From the NCBI RefSeq assembly GCF_009914755.1, contig NC_060947.1: a DNA stretch of 64,000 nt; one strand, 5' to 3'. A program made the translations under genes and the position numbers. Positions 1 through 12,537 of this stretch are shown piece by piece (within the stretch, counting starts at the first letter, position 1; each line of letters starts with the position of its first letter). The stretch is from the human T2T-CHM13v2.0 reference genome, Homo sapiens. The notes beneath the pieces were generated by a model. The model ran no database searches. It saw nothing but the letters and a program-made list of their open reading frames with translations, and was not told where the DNA came from.

Positions 1-2035
1 CCTTTTAGGCCTAAAAACAAAGCATTTCTAATTGCTTAATGTGTATTGTATCAAGTAAATTATCATTAGGTCATATTAATGCTATGATACTTAAATATTT
101 TATTTGTAGTGGAATCCATTTTCTGATCATTTTATACTGAGCATTTATGCCAATTTTAGTATATATTGTAATTCAAATTAAAAAATGCTAGAAGTCATCT
201 TAGGTCTCTGGATCTCAGCCTGGTATTTACTGAGTAGCTGTCAGGAGCCATGCACTGTTCTAGGCACAGGAGGTTCAGTGGTGAATGAGGAGCTTATATT
301 CTTAGAAGCTCAGAAATCTAACCCTGTTAGCACACTGTAGATGGTCAGACTCACATGTACTTGCCCTAATGCCAATTTGTTCATCTGAAATGAGAAGTAC
401 AGCTGTTAATTAGACTGGTGAGGTCGAACTGAGAGATTAGTGCATTTTCTCTTTATAGACAACCCACATGGGAAGCCAAATTACAATCACAAGGTTGCTT
501 GGTGAGAATGGAATCAAAACAAAGGGACTTGGATAGATAATCCATGATTAGGACACACCTGCCACAGAGACTATTTGGGTTTTCCCTAAGTAGTGCTGAG
601 CAGTAAAGCTTGCCAGTGTCTGGGTCTTCAGACTTATTTTTATGCTGACCATTTTCCTTTGTTCACACCATCTTTTTCAAACCAAGCTGCAATACAGTTC
701 ACTAAATGACAAGCACATTCCAGGCCTGCTTCCTAAGATTAAACTTAGATCACCTTTGGAAACATGTAGAGGCTTCCAAATTCTGAGCTTAGGTACACAC
801 CTGTAGAGAGTCTCTTGTTTGATTTCAACAGAGTGCTACCTTAGCCATTGTGCAAGTGCGTTTTTACCCTCAGAGGGTATCATTTTTTTCCCCCTTACAT
901 CCATGGTGTGGGGGAAGTGTTTGAGTCCCTTATAGTGGTCCCCATGTACTGCCAATAATACCGTTTTATTCTGTTCAAGTGGTAATGGAAGATTTGACTT
1001 CTGTTTTTTTATATGATTTACTGATGCCAAACCCTTATTAAATCAGTCCCCACTTCTACCATGTTTCCACAGGAGAGGCTAATCTGTCTTAATAAGGTAA
1101 AATGAATTTATTTGAAAATGTAGTAAATGTAATAAATAGCTAAACTTAAACCTAGAAAGTCCTGGAACCCAAGCATACATGTTTGATTTTTGTTGTTGTT
1201 GTTTAATGAGGGGATATACTGGAATTCTCTTTAAAAGATCCAGGGAACATGCCTTTAGGGATGAATCACATGCCTTGAGGTCTAATAGAGACCCAAACAT
1301 TGGAATTGTGAGCCATTTTCACATACTAGATTCTTATATTGTTCCTTCAGTTATTGTCTGTACACCAGTGGCCCACAATCCAGGTTAAAGTACTACTCAG
1401 TTTGCTGTTAAAAAAAGTAAACGAAGTTAAGACCCAGTGATAGCCATGGTTGTCATATTTTCAGTACAAATAAAGTGGTATCACTGTCCATATATCCACC
1501 AAAACCTATGGTCAGCCAGCAAAGCCTTGGCAGGTACCTGTTTGCAGGTTCCTTGGAGGCAACAACCATAACAACAATAGCAATAGTGAAAGCACATAGT
1601 GATATATGTGTGTAGTGCTTTGTAGTTTTTTCACAGAGCCCTGTCACCTGAATTATCTAAATTTCACAAGTGCAATATATAATGTGTAGGTATGCTGGTA
1701 ACCATTTCTGCTTTCTAGTCAACCATAACCTTACCTACACTCTTTTGTACTATAAATTTTTGGCCTGAGAAATAGGAAAATCTATTTTCCCCATTCAGAC
1801 TGCCAAAATACCTTCTTTTATGGACAAATTTAATTATTTCGTGAAATTTTAGGCTATGCTTCTAAGGATTCTTAACACCAAGTTTAAAGTCTTTTCTTGA
1901 TTTATTTTTTTTAAGCTAATAAAAATACCAGGGCATTCTCAACCATTTTTTAGTCTCCACACCATTCTTAAAATATATCCCAATTAATAACAGTTTTCCT
2001 TACATTACTTGTGCAGATATCAGTGTTCTGATTTT

Positions 2036-2229
2036 GCACCGTCCAGTATGGTAGCCACTAGCCACAGGTGGCTATTTAAATAAATTATTTAAAGTTAAAT
2101 AAAAATTCAGTTTCTAAGTCACACTAGCCACATTTCAAGTGCTCAATAGCCATTATGTGGCTAGTGACTACAGTGAGTACAGATATAGAACATTTCCATC
2201 ATTGCAGGAAGTACTATTGGAAAGCGTTG
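2036..2229 (+). mobile_element. MER3 (hAT-Charlie) DNA transposon fossil
   Basis: gtccagtatggtagccactagccac...gtggctagtg...ctattggaaagcg matches MER3 internal palindromic structure. Confidence 0.8.
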
Positions 2230-2320
2230 TTCTAGAAATCTAATTCCTGCTTAGTTTTGGGGGGGAAGATAGTCAAACAGTTCTACCATTTATCATTTTA
2301 TCTGCAAGATTTATATTTCT

Positions 2321-2610
2321 TTTTTTTTTTTTTTTTTTTTGAGATGGAGTCTCACTGTGTCACCTAAGCTGGCACAGTCTCAGCTCACTGCAGCCTCCGC
2401 CTCCAGGGTTCAAGTGATTCTCCTGCCTCAGCTTCCTGAGTAGCTGGGATTACAGGTGCAAGCCACCATGCCCGGCTAATTTTTGTATTTTTAGTAGAAA
2501 CGGGATTTCACCATGTTGGCCACTCTGGTCTCGAACTCCTAACCTCGTGATTCGCCCACCTTAGCCTCCCAAAGTGTTGGGATTACAGGCGTGAGCCACT
2601 GTGCCTGGCC
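2321..2610 (-). mobile_element. AluS
   Basis: Poly-T then Alu consensus; TSD aagatttatatttct at 2306-2320 and 2611-2625. Confidence 0.93.
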
Positions 2611-2700
2611 AAGATTTATATTTCTAAATAGATCTACTGAGCCTGCCTAGATGATGTAAAATACTATTTTACATATACTTTTTAAAAATATACATAAAAC

Positions 2701-2965
2701 TTGGAGGCTGAGGCGGGCCGATCACCTGAGGTCAGAAGTTCAAGACCAGCCTGGCCAACATGGTGAAACTTCGTCTCTACTAAAATACAAAAAATGAGCC
2801 AGGTGTGGTGGCGTGCACCTGTAGTCCCAGCCACTCAGGAGGCTGAGGCAGAAGAATCACTTGAATCCAGGAGGCAGAGGCTGCAGTGAGCCAAGATTGC
2901 ACCACCACACTCTAGCCTGGGCAACAGAACAAAACTCTGTCTCAAAAAAATAAATAAAAATAAAA
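2701..2965 (+). mobile_element. AluS, 5'-truncated
   Basis: ggaggctgaggcgggc...tctcaaaaaaataaataaaaat. Confidence 0.9.
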
Positions 2966-3924
2966 CATTATATAAACCTTTTATTTTCTTAGCGCCTCCT
3001 AAGTTATAGGTCTCACAGGTAAGCAGCAATGGGAATTGAAGTAGACACTAATGTAATAATAAAAACGTCCCAGCTTCTTTACCCTTCAGTGGATATTTGC
3101 TGAAGTGCAACAGAAAAGATAGGTGCAGGTACACTGTTCTGCACTAAACAGAAAACACGTAGCCATCATATAAGGAGAAGCGACCGACTGACAGTAATCT
3201 TAAGATGATTCACATAATTAAGATTTCATGATGCAAAAATTCAGGTCAGTCATACTCTCAGATAAAATATTAGTTAGGGGATTTAGCTTGAAAAGGCACT
3301 TGGCAGTTGGAGAATCTCTCAAATGTATAGCTGATATTAAAAATGTGTTATCACTTGTTAGGTTCTTAAGTGTTACAAATTAATTCAGTACGATAATAAA
3401 TTTGCTTTTTCTCTTTCTGCTTATATATTCACATTGTACAGAATGAAAGGAAAAATCCAGACTAACATCCAAAGACTGTATTTTTGCCATGAGTGATTCA
3501 GGGAACTTGAGGTTTTAAGGATGTAGTATCCTATAATATATTCAGTTTAACTGGGACAAAACATCCAGAGAAACCCCTTTGATCCTTGCCTGTGTAAGAA
3601 TGGTCTCATGAGTGGCTGAATATAATGGAGAGGCATATTTATTGGGGGTGACCAGTACTATTCCATGGTGAAGGACAGAATTGGAGCTTTGTAGGACAGA
3701 GGTATATCTGGATACATACTAAATTCTAGATAGGTGAAGAAAATTGTGTGAATTTCGAAAAAGTGATTGCCTTTTACAAAAAACAAGAGCAAAGTACCAC
3801 AAATACTGGCAGTTGTTACATTAGTGTGATTCTGTATGATTGAATGTATGTTTAATCCCTTTTTCACTTTTAAAAGTCATTACTTTCTTGCAAAGTTAAA
3901 CAATGTTAAAGGGCAACTGTTTTT

Positions 3925-6093
3925 TTAAAAAATATATTTAATTGACAAAGATTATATATGAAAGGTGTACAATGTGATGATTTGATATGCATATACATTG
4001 TGCAATGATTACCACAACCAAATTAACACGTCCATCACTATGCATGCTGTACCATACATACCCAGAACTTGTTCATCTTATAACTGAAAGTTCATCCCCT
4101 TTGGCCAACGTCTTCTCATTTCTTCCACTCCCCAGACCCTGATAACCACTCTTCTACTCTCTGCTTCTTTGAGTTCAATGTTTTTAGATTCCACATATAA
4201 GTTACATCATACAGCATTTGTTTTTCTGTGGCTGGTTTATTTCACTTAGCATAATGTCCTCCAGGTTCATCCATGTTGTTGCAAATGGCAGGATTTCCTT
4301 TTTTATGGCCAAATAATATATTCCATTTTGTATGTGTGTATACATCCCACATTTTGTTCAACCGTTTATCCCTCAGCGGACACTTAGGTTGTTTCCATAT
4401 CTTGGCCATTGTGAATAATGCTGCAGTGAACATGGGCGTACAGAAAAACCTCTTCAAGATAACTGATTTCATTTCCTTTGGATGTAATTTTTTGGGGAAC
4501 CTCCATACTGTTTTCCATAATGGCTATCCCAGTTTACATTGCCACCAATAGTGTACAAGGGTTCTTTTTCTTCACATCCTTGTTAACATTTGTTGTATAT
4601 AGCTAGCCTAACAGATGTGAGGTGATATGTCATTGTGGTTGTGATTTGCGTGTCGCTGATGATTAGTGATGTTGAGTACCTTTTCATATACCTATTGGCC
4701 GTTTCTGTGTCTTCTTTGGAAAAATATCTATTCAGGTCCTTTGCCCATTTATTTTTATTTTTTATTTTTATTTTATTTTATTTTTAGGGACAGGGTCTCA
4801 TTCTGTTTCCTAGGCTGGAGTCCAGTGGCACAATCATAGCTCACTGCAGCCTCAAACTCCTGGACTCAAGTGATCCTCCCACTTCAGCTTCCCAAGTAGC
4901 TAGGACTGTGGGTGTGCATCATCATCATCAGGCTTGGCTAATTTTTTTTTTTTTTTTTTTTTTTTTTTGAGACGGCCTCACCTCTGGCCCAGGCTGGAGT
5001 ATAGTGGCACAGTCAGGGCTCACTGCAGTCTCAACCTCCCAGGCTCAGGAGATCCTCCCACCTCAGCCACCCCAGTAGCTGGGACTACAGGCATAGGCGT
5101 GCACCACCATGCCCCTCTAATTTTTTTTAAAGATGGGGTTTTGCCATGTTGCTCAGGCTGGTCTTGAACTCCAGAGCTCAAGTGATCCACTCACCATAGC
5201 CGCCCTAATTTCTTTTTTAAAAGCAGGGTCTTGCTGTGTTGCCCAGGCTGGTCTTGAACTCCTGGCCTCAAGTGATCCTCCCACATTAGCCTCCTGAGTG
5301 GCTGGGATTACAGGCCATTTTTTAATCTGGTTGTTTGTTTTTGTGCTATTGAGTTGTGTGAGTTTCTTATATGTTTCAGATATTAACCCCTTATCAGATA
5401 ATATGGTTTGCAAATATTTTCTCTCATTTTGTAGGTTGTCTTTTTGTTTTGTTAATTGCTTTCTTTTTAGTTTGTTGCAGTCTTACTTATTTATTTTTGC
5501 TGTTGTTGCCTGTGCTTTTGGTGTCATATCTAAAAAAATTATTGCCAAGACCAATGTCAGGGAGCTTTTTTTCCCTATATTTTCTTCTAGGAGTTTATGG
5601 TTTCCAGTCTTACATTTAAGTTTTAGATCCATTTTGAGTTAATTTTTGTATATAGTATGAGACAAGGATTTAATTTTATTCTTTCGTATGTGGATATCTA
5701 GTTTTCCCAGTACCATTTATTGAGGAGACTTTTCTTTCCCTGTTGTGAGTTCTTGACCCTCTTGTCAAAGATCGGTTGACCATGTATGCAAGGGTTTATT
5801 TCTGGGTTCTCTATTCTGTTCCATTGGTCTTTGTATCTGTTTTTATGCCAGTACCATATTGTTTTGATTACCATAGTTTTGTAATACAGTTTGAAATCAG
5901 GGAGTGTGATGCCTCCAGCTTTGTTCTTTCTTAAGATTACTTTGGCTATTTGGGGTCTTTTGTTGTGGTTCCATACAAGTTTTAGGATTGTTTTTTCTAT
6001 TTCTGTGAAAAATGCCATTGGAATTTTGATAGGAATGACATTGAATCCATAGATTGCTTTGGGGATTATGGATACTTTAACAATATTAATTCT
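3925..6093 (-). mobile_element. L1MA-type LINE-1, 3' segment (3' UTR plus ORF2 C-terminal part), interrupted by Alus
   Basis: ORF 5698..6096 RINIVK...[14 protein letters not shown] and ORF 4242..4472 are L1 ORF2 remnants; L1MA-like 3' end near 3930. Confidence 0.88.
4750..5313 (-). mobile_element. Nested AluJ-type pair (one Alu inserted in the A-rich linker of another)
   Basis: Right arm 4750-4940, second Alu ~4942-5201, left arm ~5203-5313; ctaattt flanks the inner copy and ccattt the outer. Confidence 0.75.
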
Positions 6094-6107
6094 CATTGTA
6101 AAGATGA

Positions 6108-7805
6108 TAATTCATTTTATGAGGCCAGCATTAACCTGATATTAAAGCCAGATAAGGATGCTACAAGAAAATAAAATTGTAGGCCAGTATCCCTGATGAA
6201 CACAGATGCAAAAATCCCCAATAAAATACTACTAGCAAACTGAATTTAACAGGGCATTACAAGAATCATACATCATAATCAAATGGGATTTATCCCTGGT
6301 ATATAAGAATGTTTCAACATATGCAAACTAGTAAATGTGATACACCACATTAACAGAATGAAAGATAAAAATCATATGATAATCTCAATAGATGCAGAAA
6401 AAGCATTTGACAAAATTCAATATCCTTTCATGATAAAAACCCCTCAACAAATTAGATATGGAAGGAAAGTACCTCAACACAATAAAGGCCATGTATGACA
6501 AGCCCACAGCTAACATCATACACAACAGTGAAAAGCAGAAAGCTTTTCATCTAAGATTGGGAACAAGATAAGGATGCCCACTTTTACTACTTCTTTTTTT
6601 TTTTTTTTAATCTTTCAAGCTTTTATTTAAATGCCATGATCCAGGATGGATTTTAGATCTTGTTGAAAGCAGCCACATCCATGGACTGCACGTAGTCCTC
6701 AAAAGCAGTGATCTGCTCCTCCAGCATATCTGTTCCGACTTTATCATCTTCAACTACACACTGTATTTGAAGTTTCTTAATTCCGTATCCCACTGGAACT
6801 AGTTTAGATGAGCCCCAGACTAAGCCGTCTGCTTGAATGCTTCTGACGCGCTCCTCTAATTTCGCCATATCTGTCTCATCATCCCAAGGTTTCACATCTA
6901 GTAAGATGGAAGACTTGGCAACAAGTGCAGGTTTTTTGGCTTTCTTTGATTCATATTGTGCAAGACGTTCTTCCCTTAGCCTCTTTGCTTCTTCACTTTC
7001 CTCCTCATCATCAGATCCAAAGAGGTCAATGTCATCATCATCTTTACTATCTGTAGCTCCACTTCCTGTAGTGTCTTCCACATCGGCAGGACCATACTTG
7101 CCCAAAGCTTTCTTCACTCCTGGCAGGCTGGCCTTTTCCTTTTCGTAAGACTTGATGTGATTATACCAACGTAGGGCATGACACAAGTCGGCAGGCAGTG
7201 GGCTGGACACGGCTTCAAATACTGCCACATCTGCTTGTGATGGCACATACCCCTCGATGTAGCTCTTGTCCGCCAGGTAATCGTTGAGCACCTGGAGGCC
7301 GGCGGGGCTTTTCAGGTCTCTGAAACCCATGGTGTCGGCTGTATCCGAGAGCTGGGGAGCAGCAGAAAGAGCCCACTTTTACTACTTCTGTTCTACATAG
7401 TAGTGGAAGTCCTAGGCAGAGCAATTAGGCAAGAGAAAAAAGTAAAAGGCATGCAAATCAGAAAGGAAGAAGTTAAACTGTTTGCAGATGACATCATCTT
7501 ATATATAGAAAACCCTAACCCTAAGGATTCCACCAAAGAACTGTTAGAACTAATAAGTGAATTCTGTAAATTCGGAGGATACAAAATCAACATACAAAAA
7601 TCAGTTGTTTCTATGCACTAACAATAAACTATCCGAAAAAAGATATTAAGAGAAAAATCTCATTGGCAATAGCATAAAAAAGAATAAAATACTTAGGAGT
7701 AAATTAAGCCAAGGAGGTAGAAGGCCTATACATTATAAACTATAAAACATTGATGAAAGAAAGTGAAGACACAAATAACATGGAAAGGGCCTGTGTTCAT
7801 GGATT
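6108..7805 (+). mobile_element. L1 ORF2 (reverse transcriptase region) segment, inverted relative to the adjoining 3' segment; split by the EEF1B2 retrocopy
   Basis: Remnants NSFYEAS..., [23 protein letters not shown] (ORF 7403..7621), ...CSWI. Confidence 0.88.
6594..7370 (-). pseudogene. EEF1B2P3: Processed retrocopy of EEF1B2 (elongation factor 1-beta); intact 225-aa ORF at 6653..7330
   Basis: Intronless full-length EF1-beta ORF, 5' UTR with good Kozak (gacaccATGG), AATAAA (tttatt 6622-6627), A15 tail (6594-6608), perfect 18-bp TSD gcccacttttactacttc at 6576-6593 and 7371-7388; P3 suffix assigned from recalled X-linked location. Confidence 0.93.
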
Positions 7806-9166
7806 TTTTTTTTTAAGGCCTTTCCGTTAGGTCGGGTGATATGTGTAATGTTCACAGAGAAAGCAAGTAGTCCCCTTTTTTCTATATGCATTTTAGATCT
7901 TCTTTGCTGAAGTAACAGCTTGTTATAAGCATGAGTATGGAAAAGAGATTTTTATTCGTATTTAAAGAACATCAGTAATAAAAACATTTCCCTAGCTATG
8001 ACAAAGAACAGCCTTTGTTTAAGGGTTAGGTATGTCTAAAGAAGTGACTCTTGTTAAGAACTAAGGAATAAAATATAATTCATCTTATCTTGTGTAGGGA
8101 AAACTGTCCCAACTTGAAAGCCGCTGAGTGCCTAATTTACATTTAAAGCTGAAGTAATGAAGCCTTTATTTTTTTGCCAGAAACTCCCATTTCTCTCCCA
8201 AATACATTCTCTATCAGGAAAAAAAGCTCATTATTTTGCATGGTAATGTGTCTTTGCTGATGCAGAAAAGCAACATAATTCAGGATGAAGGGTTAATTTA
8301 AACTTTCTTATGTACTCTTTTGCAGATAATTAGAATTATTTCTCAGAATCTAAAGGTGGGTTTGCAGAGTACACCAAAAAGAATAGCTTTATCCTGGTGA
8401 ATTGCAAAGGAAAGGTACAGTCCTTTACTCTTCAGGAGAAAGAGGTTCCTGAAAACTGTGGTTGGATGTAGAAATTAACTCTGAGAACTTTAGACGTCAT
8501 AGAAACTATAGTTGCAGGAGGTTTAAAGTTTAGAGTGTGTCTATGGAAATTCTTAAGAACAAACAGTATTTACATTCATTTAAGTCTTCTCAATGTAATA
8601 CAAATGACCCTTTATACTCTTTTATTTAGTAATAAGGGATCCATTTTCTTTTTCATTTACTATCCCTTAAGGGAAAATTGGCTTTGTTGCAGATAAGCAT
8701 GCTTTGAGACATTTCCCCTCCTCCACTATGGCTAATTTTCTTTGACACTGTTCGTTGCCTTTCTGATTTTTAAATGGAGAAATTGTTGACGTCCATCTCC
8801 CTGGAGCTCCCCACTCACATCCTGCTCCCTCCTGCTGACTTAGATGTCGTCAGTTTGGCTTCATTCTAAAAATCTTTATTTCTGTTCCAACATTAGCTTT
8901 TACCTTCCTTTCCTATTCTCAACTGCAGCTTCATCTTTCTCTAATTATCCCCAACAGGATTGAATCATAGTTTTGTGCAATTTACATATACTGAAACTGA
9001 ATGAAATTTTTGAAGTTGCCCCAAAAATACACAGAAGTAAAATTGAGAATATGCAAGTTCAGTTTAATAAGATTAGATATGAGAAATTAGTGTCATATCC
9101 TGCAAGTGTATATGAATATGTGCACTCATTTTACGTGTATATACAGCCCCCACTCATTTATTTATG

Positions 9167-9172
<6 letters not shown>

Positions 9173-9200
<28 letters not shown>
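9173..9200. repeat. (TA)14 microsatellite
   Basis: Direct reading. Confidence 0.9.
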
Positions 9201-9208
<8 letters not shown>

Positions 9209-9639
9209 AACCTAAGAAGAACTTGCAATTGTTAAGCTGCTCAAGAACTTTCAGAGGTTCTAACACAGTTGCACATTTCAGCAAAAGCAGGCAATATGCT
9301 TACTGTCAATCGGTGGCATAATCGTTTATTGAGCAGTGCTTTGGATTTGTGAACAAATGGACTTATTATACAGCCTTTTGGAGCCTAAATGGTTCCAAAG
9401 ACAAAAATCTTCTCTGCTACTCCAGCATAAGGGTTTCAGATCATAAGTAGCAGTCAACTATAAATTCCGGAAGCCAGACCTGTGTCATCTATCCTCATTC
9501 CTTGAAACTTGGGGGTATCCTAGATGAGGTAGGAGATGTCACTGACCCTGCCCAACTGGTAGTCATCAGACTTTGGAGGAAGCACAAACAGGTTGGAACT
9601 TTTGTTCTGTGAGTACGCTAAACTGTTAAAGCCTTGATT

Positions 9640-9942
9640 GTTTTTGTTGTTGTTGTTTGTTTGGAGATGGAGTCTTGCCCTGTCGTCCAGGCTGGAGTGC
9701 AATGGCACGATCTTGGCTCACTGCAACCTCCACCTCCCGGTTCAAGCGATTCTCCTGCCTCAGCCTCCCGAGTAGCTGGGATTACAGGTGTAGGCCACCA
9801 CACCCAGCTAATTTTTGTATTTTTAGTAGAGATGGAGTTTCATCATGTTGGCCAGGATGGTCTTGAACTCCTAACCTCATGATCCACCTGCCTCGGCCTC
9901 CCAAAGTGCTGGGATTACAGGCGTGAGCCACCACGCCCGGCC
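9640..9942 (-). mobile_element. AluS (Sc/Sg-like)
   Basis: Full Alu consensus with (ttg)n tail. Confidence 0.92.
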
Positions 9943-11261
9943 TATTGTATTGTTTTTTAAAATTTATCCCTGGAATTGGTTTGTGTTTTTATTTTTTAGG
10001 AATGATTATATACATTGACCTTGTGCCACATGCTTCAGATTTTATAAGAAGTAAGCTGGGATGTTCCAAGTTCCGTGTTGCATAGAGTTCTTATCCATGA
10101 AAAAATGTCCAAAAAGATGATTTAGCAAATTTAGGATTATTTCATCCTAATTTGGTATTCTCTATAGTGGGAGTTTTAGAGTGTTTCTTGTGATAATCAT
10201 TATAGTTAAGATTTATTGAATGTTTACTCAAAAAAGTTGAATTTTTCTACTGGTTTTGGGACTACTTGGGTGAGATATGTGAAATAGATTCAAATATTGA
10301 AATATTGAGGTACTCTTATAACAGAAAATATCAAAGCTACTGCCATAGTTTATTAGAAATCAGGAGAAAGACTTTTTTTTATTGTTGGCCTGAATGAGCT
10401 GAAGTTCAGAGTAAGACTGTGGTCATTATTCATTACCTCTTTTTTTTCAAACACTAAAACTCTTGGGTTTCTGTGGACAAGGCTGCTTTTTAATGGCATG
10501 TTCTCCAAACAGCTGTTAAGCACCCCCCTCCCCAATACCACAGACCACATCTGTTCCCACTGTTGATTAGCTAGAGGGTGGAGAAAAGAGAGGCTGTAGC
10601 ATGTGTAATTACCAGTAATTAATTCTTGTTGAGCCTCCTCATTTCCTTCTATTCTAACTACACCTACTCTTCTTCCTGCCTCTGTTGTAAATTCTGTTTC
10701 ATGTTAGCTACTTGTGGAAAATAATCTTGATGGTTATACAGCTGTTTTCCTAAAATTTTATATTCACCTAACAGTGAGGCTTTTATTTTTCTTCTGGTGG
10801 CAGAATCATTTAATAAGGCATGCCAAATAAGAAAATACCAGAGTAACCAAGCATATCTCTTGGGGCTAGCTTTCCTGCTTATGTTCTTTTACTGTTGATA
10901 CTATTTCCAACTGTCAAGAAATTATTTTTCAGATATATCCTCTGTTAAAGGAACTATTGCAAGGCATGATTTAGTGTGAGGAAAACAAACGTAAGACACG
11001 GTCCTGGTCCTCAGTGTTAATGTGCAGTGTATGGAAATATAACTATGTAAATTAACATATATTAATAATATAGTAATTTCCAAAATTGTCAAGATCATAA
11101 GGTGGAGGTAGTCTTCTACTATTTTTCATTCTCTTTGGGATAAAGTTGGGCTGACGGAAATTCAACTTTGAGCGTTATTAATATGTCATGGTCAAAGAGA
11201 GATATCAAAGGCTTGCTCTTTAAAGAAAATTCACAGCATATCTTCTTATTTACAAGTCTTA

Positions 11262-11568
<307 letters not shown>

Positions 11569-11795
11569 CTAGATTTTCAAAAGGTGTTGCTTTGTGTGAG
11601 TCTACTTTCAGGAGGATGAGGTTTCAAGAAGACATTTCAAAACTGCTTTTTTTGTTTGTTTGTTTTAAAATTTATTTGGTCTATCAGTCAAGATCCTGGC
11701 AGGAAAGAGATGACATTGGTATTAATAGGATTTGATAAAGAGATTGTTCACAAAAATGTGGGCAATTATAGTGAAATCACAGGAGAATTGTGTGA

Positions 11796-12537
<742 letters not shown>

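Noticed and set aside
5698-6096. 132-aa ORF as a possible gene
   Set aside because: Fragment of L1 ORF2 in a degraded element
6837-7148. 103-aa + strand ORF
   Set aside because: Antisense shadow of the EEF1B2 retrocopy; low-complexity Ser-rich translation
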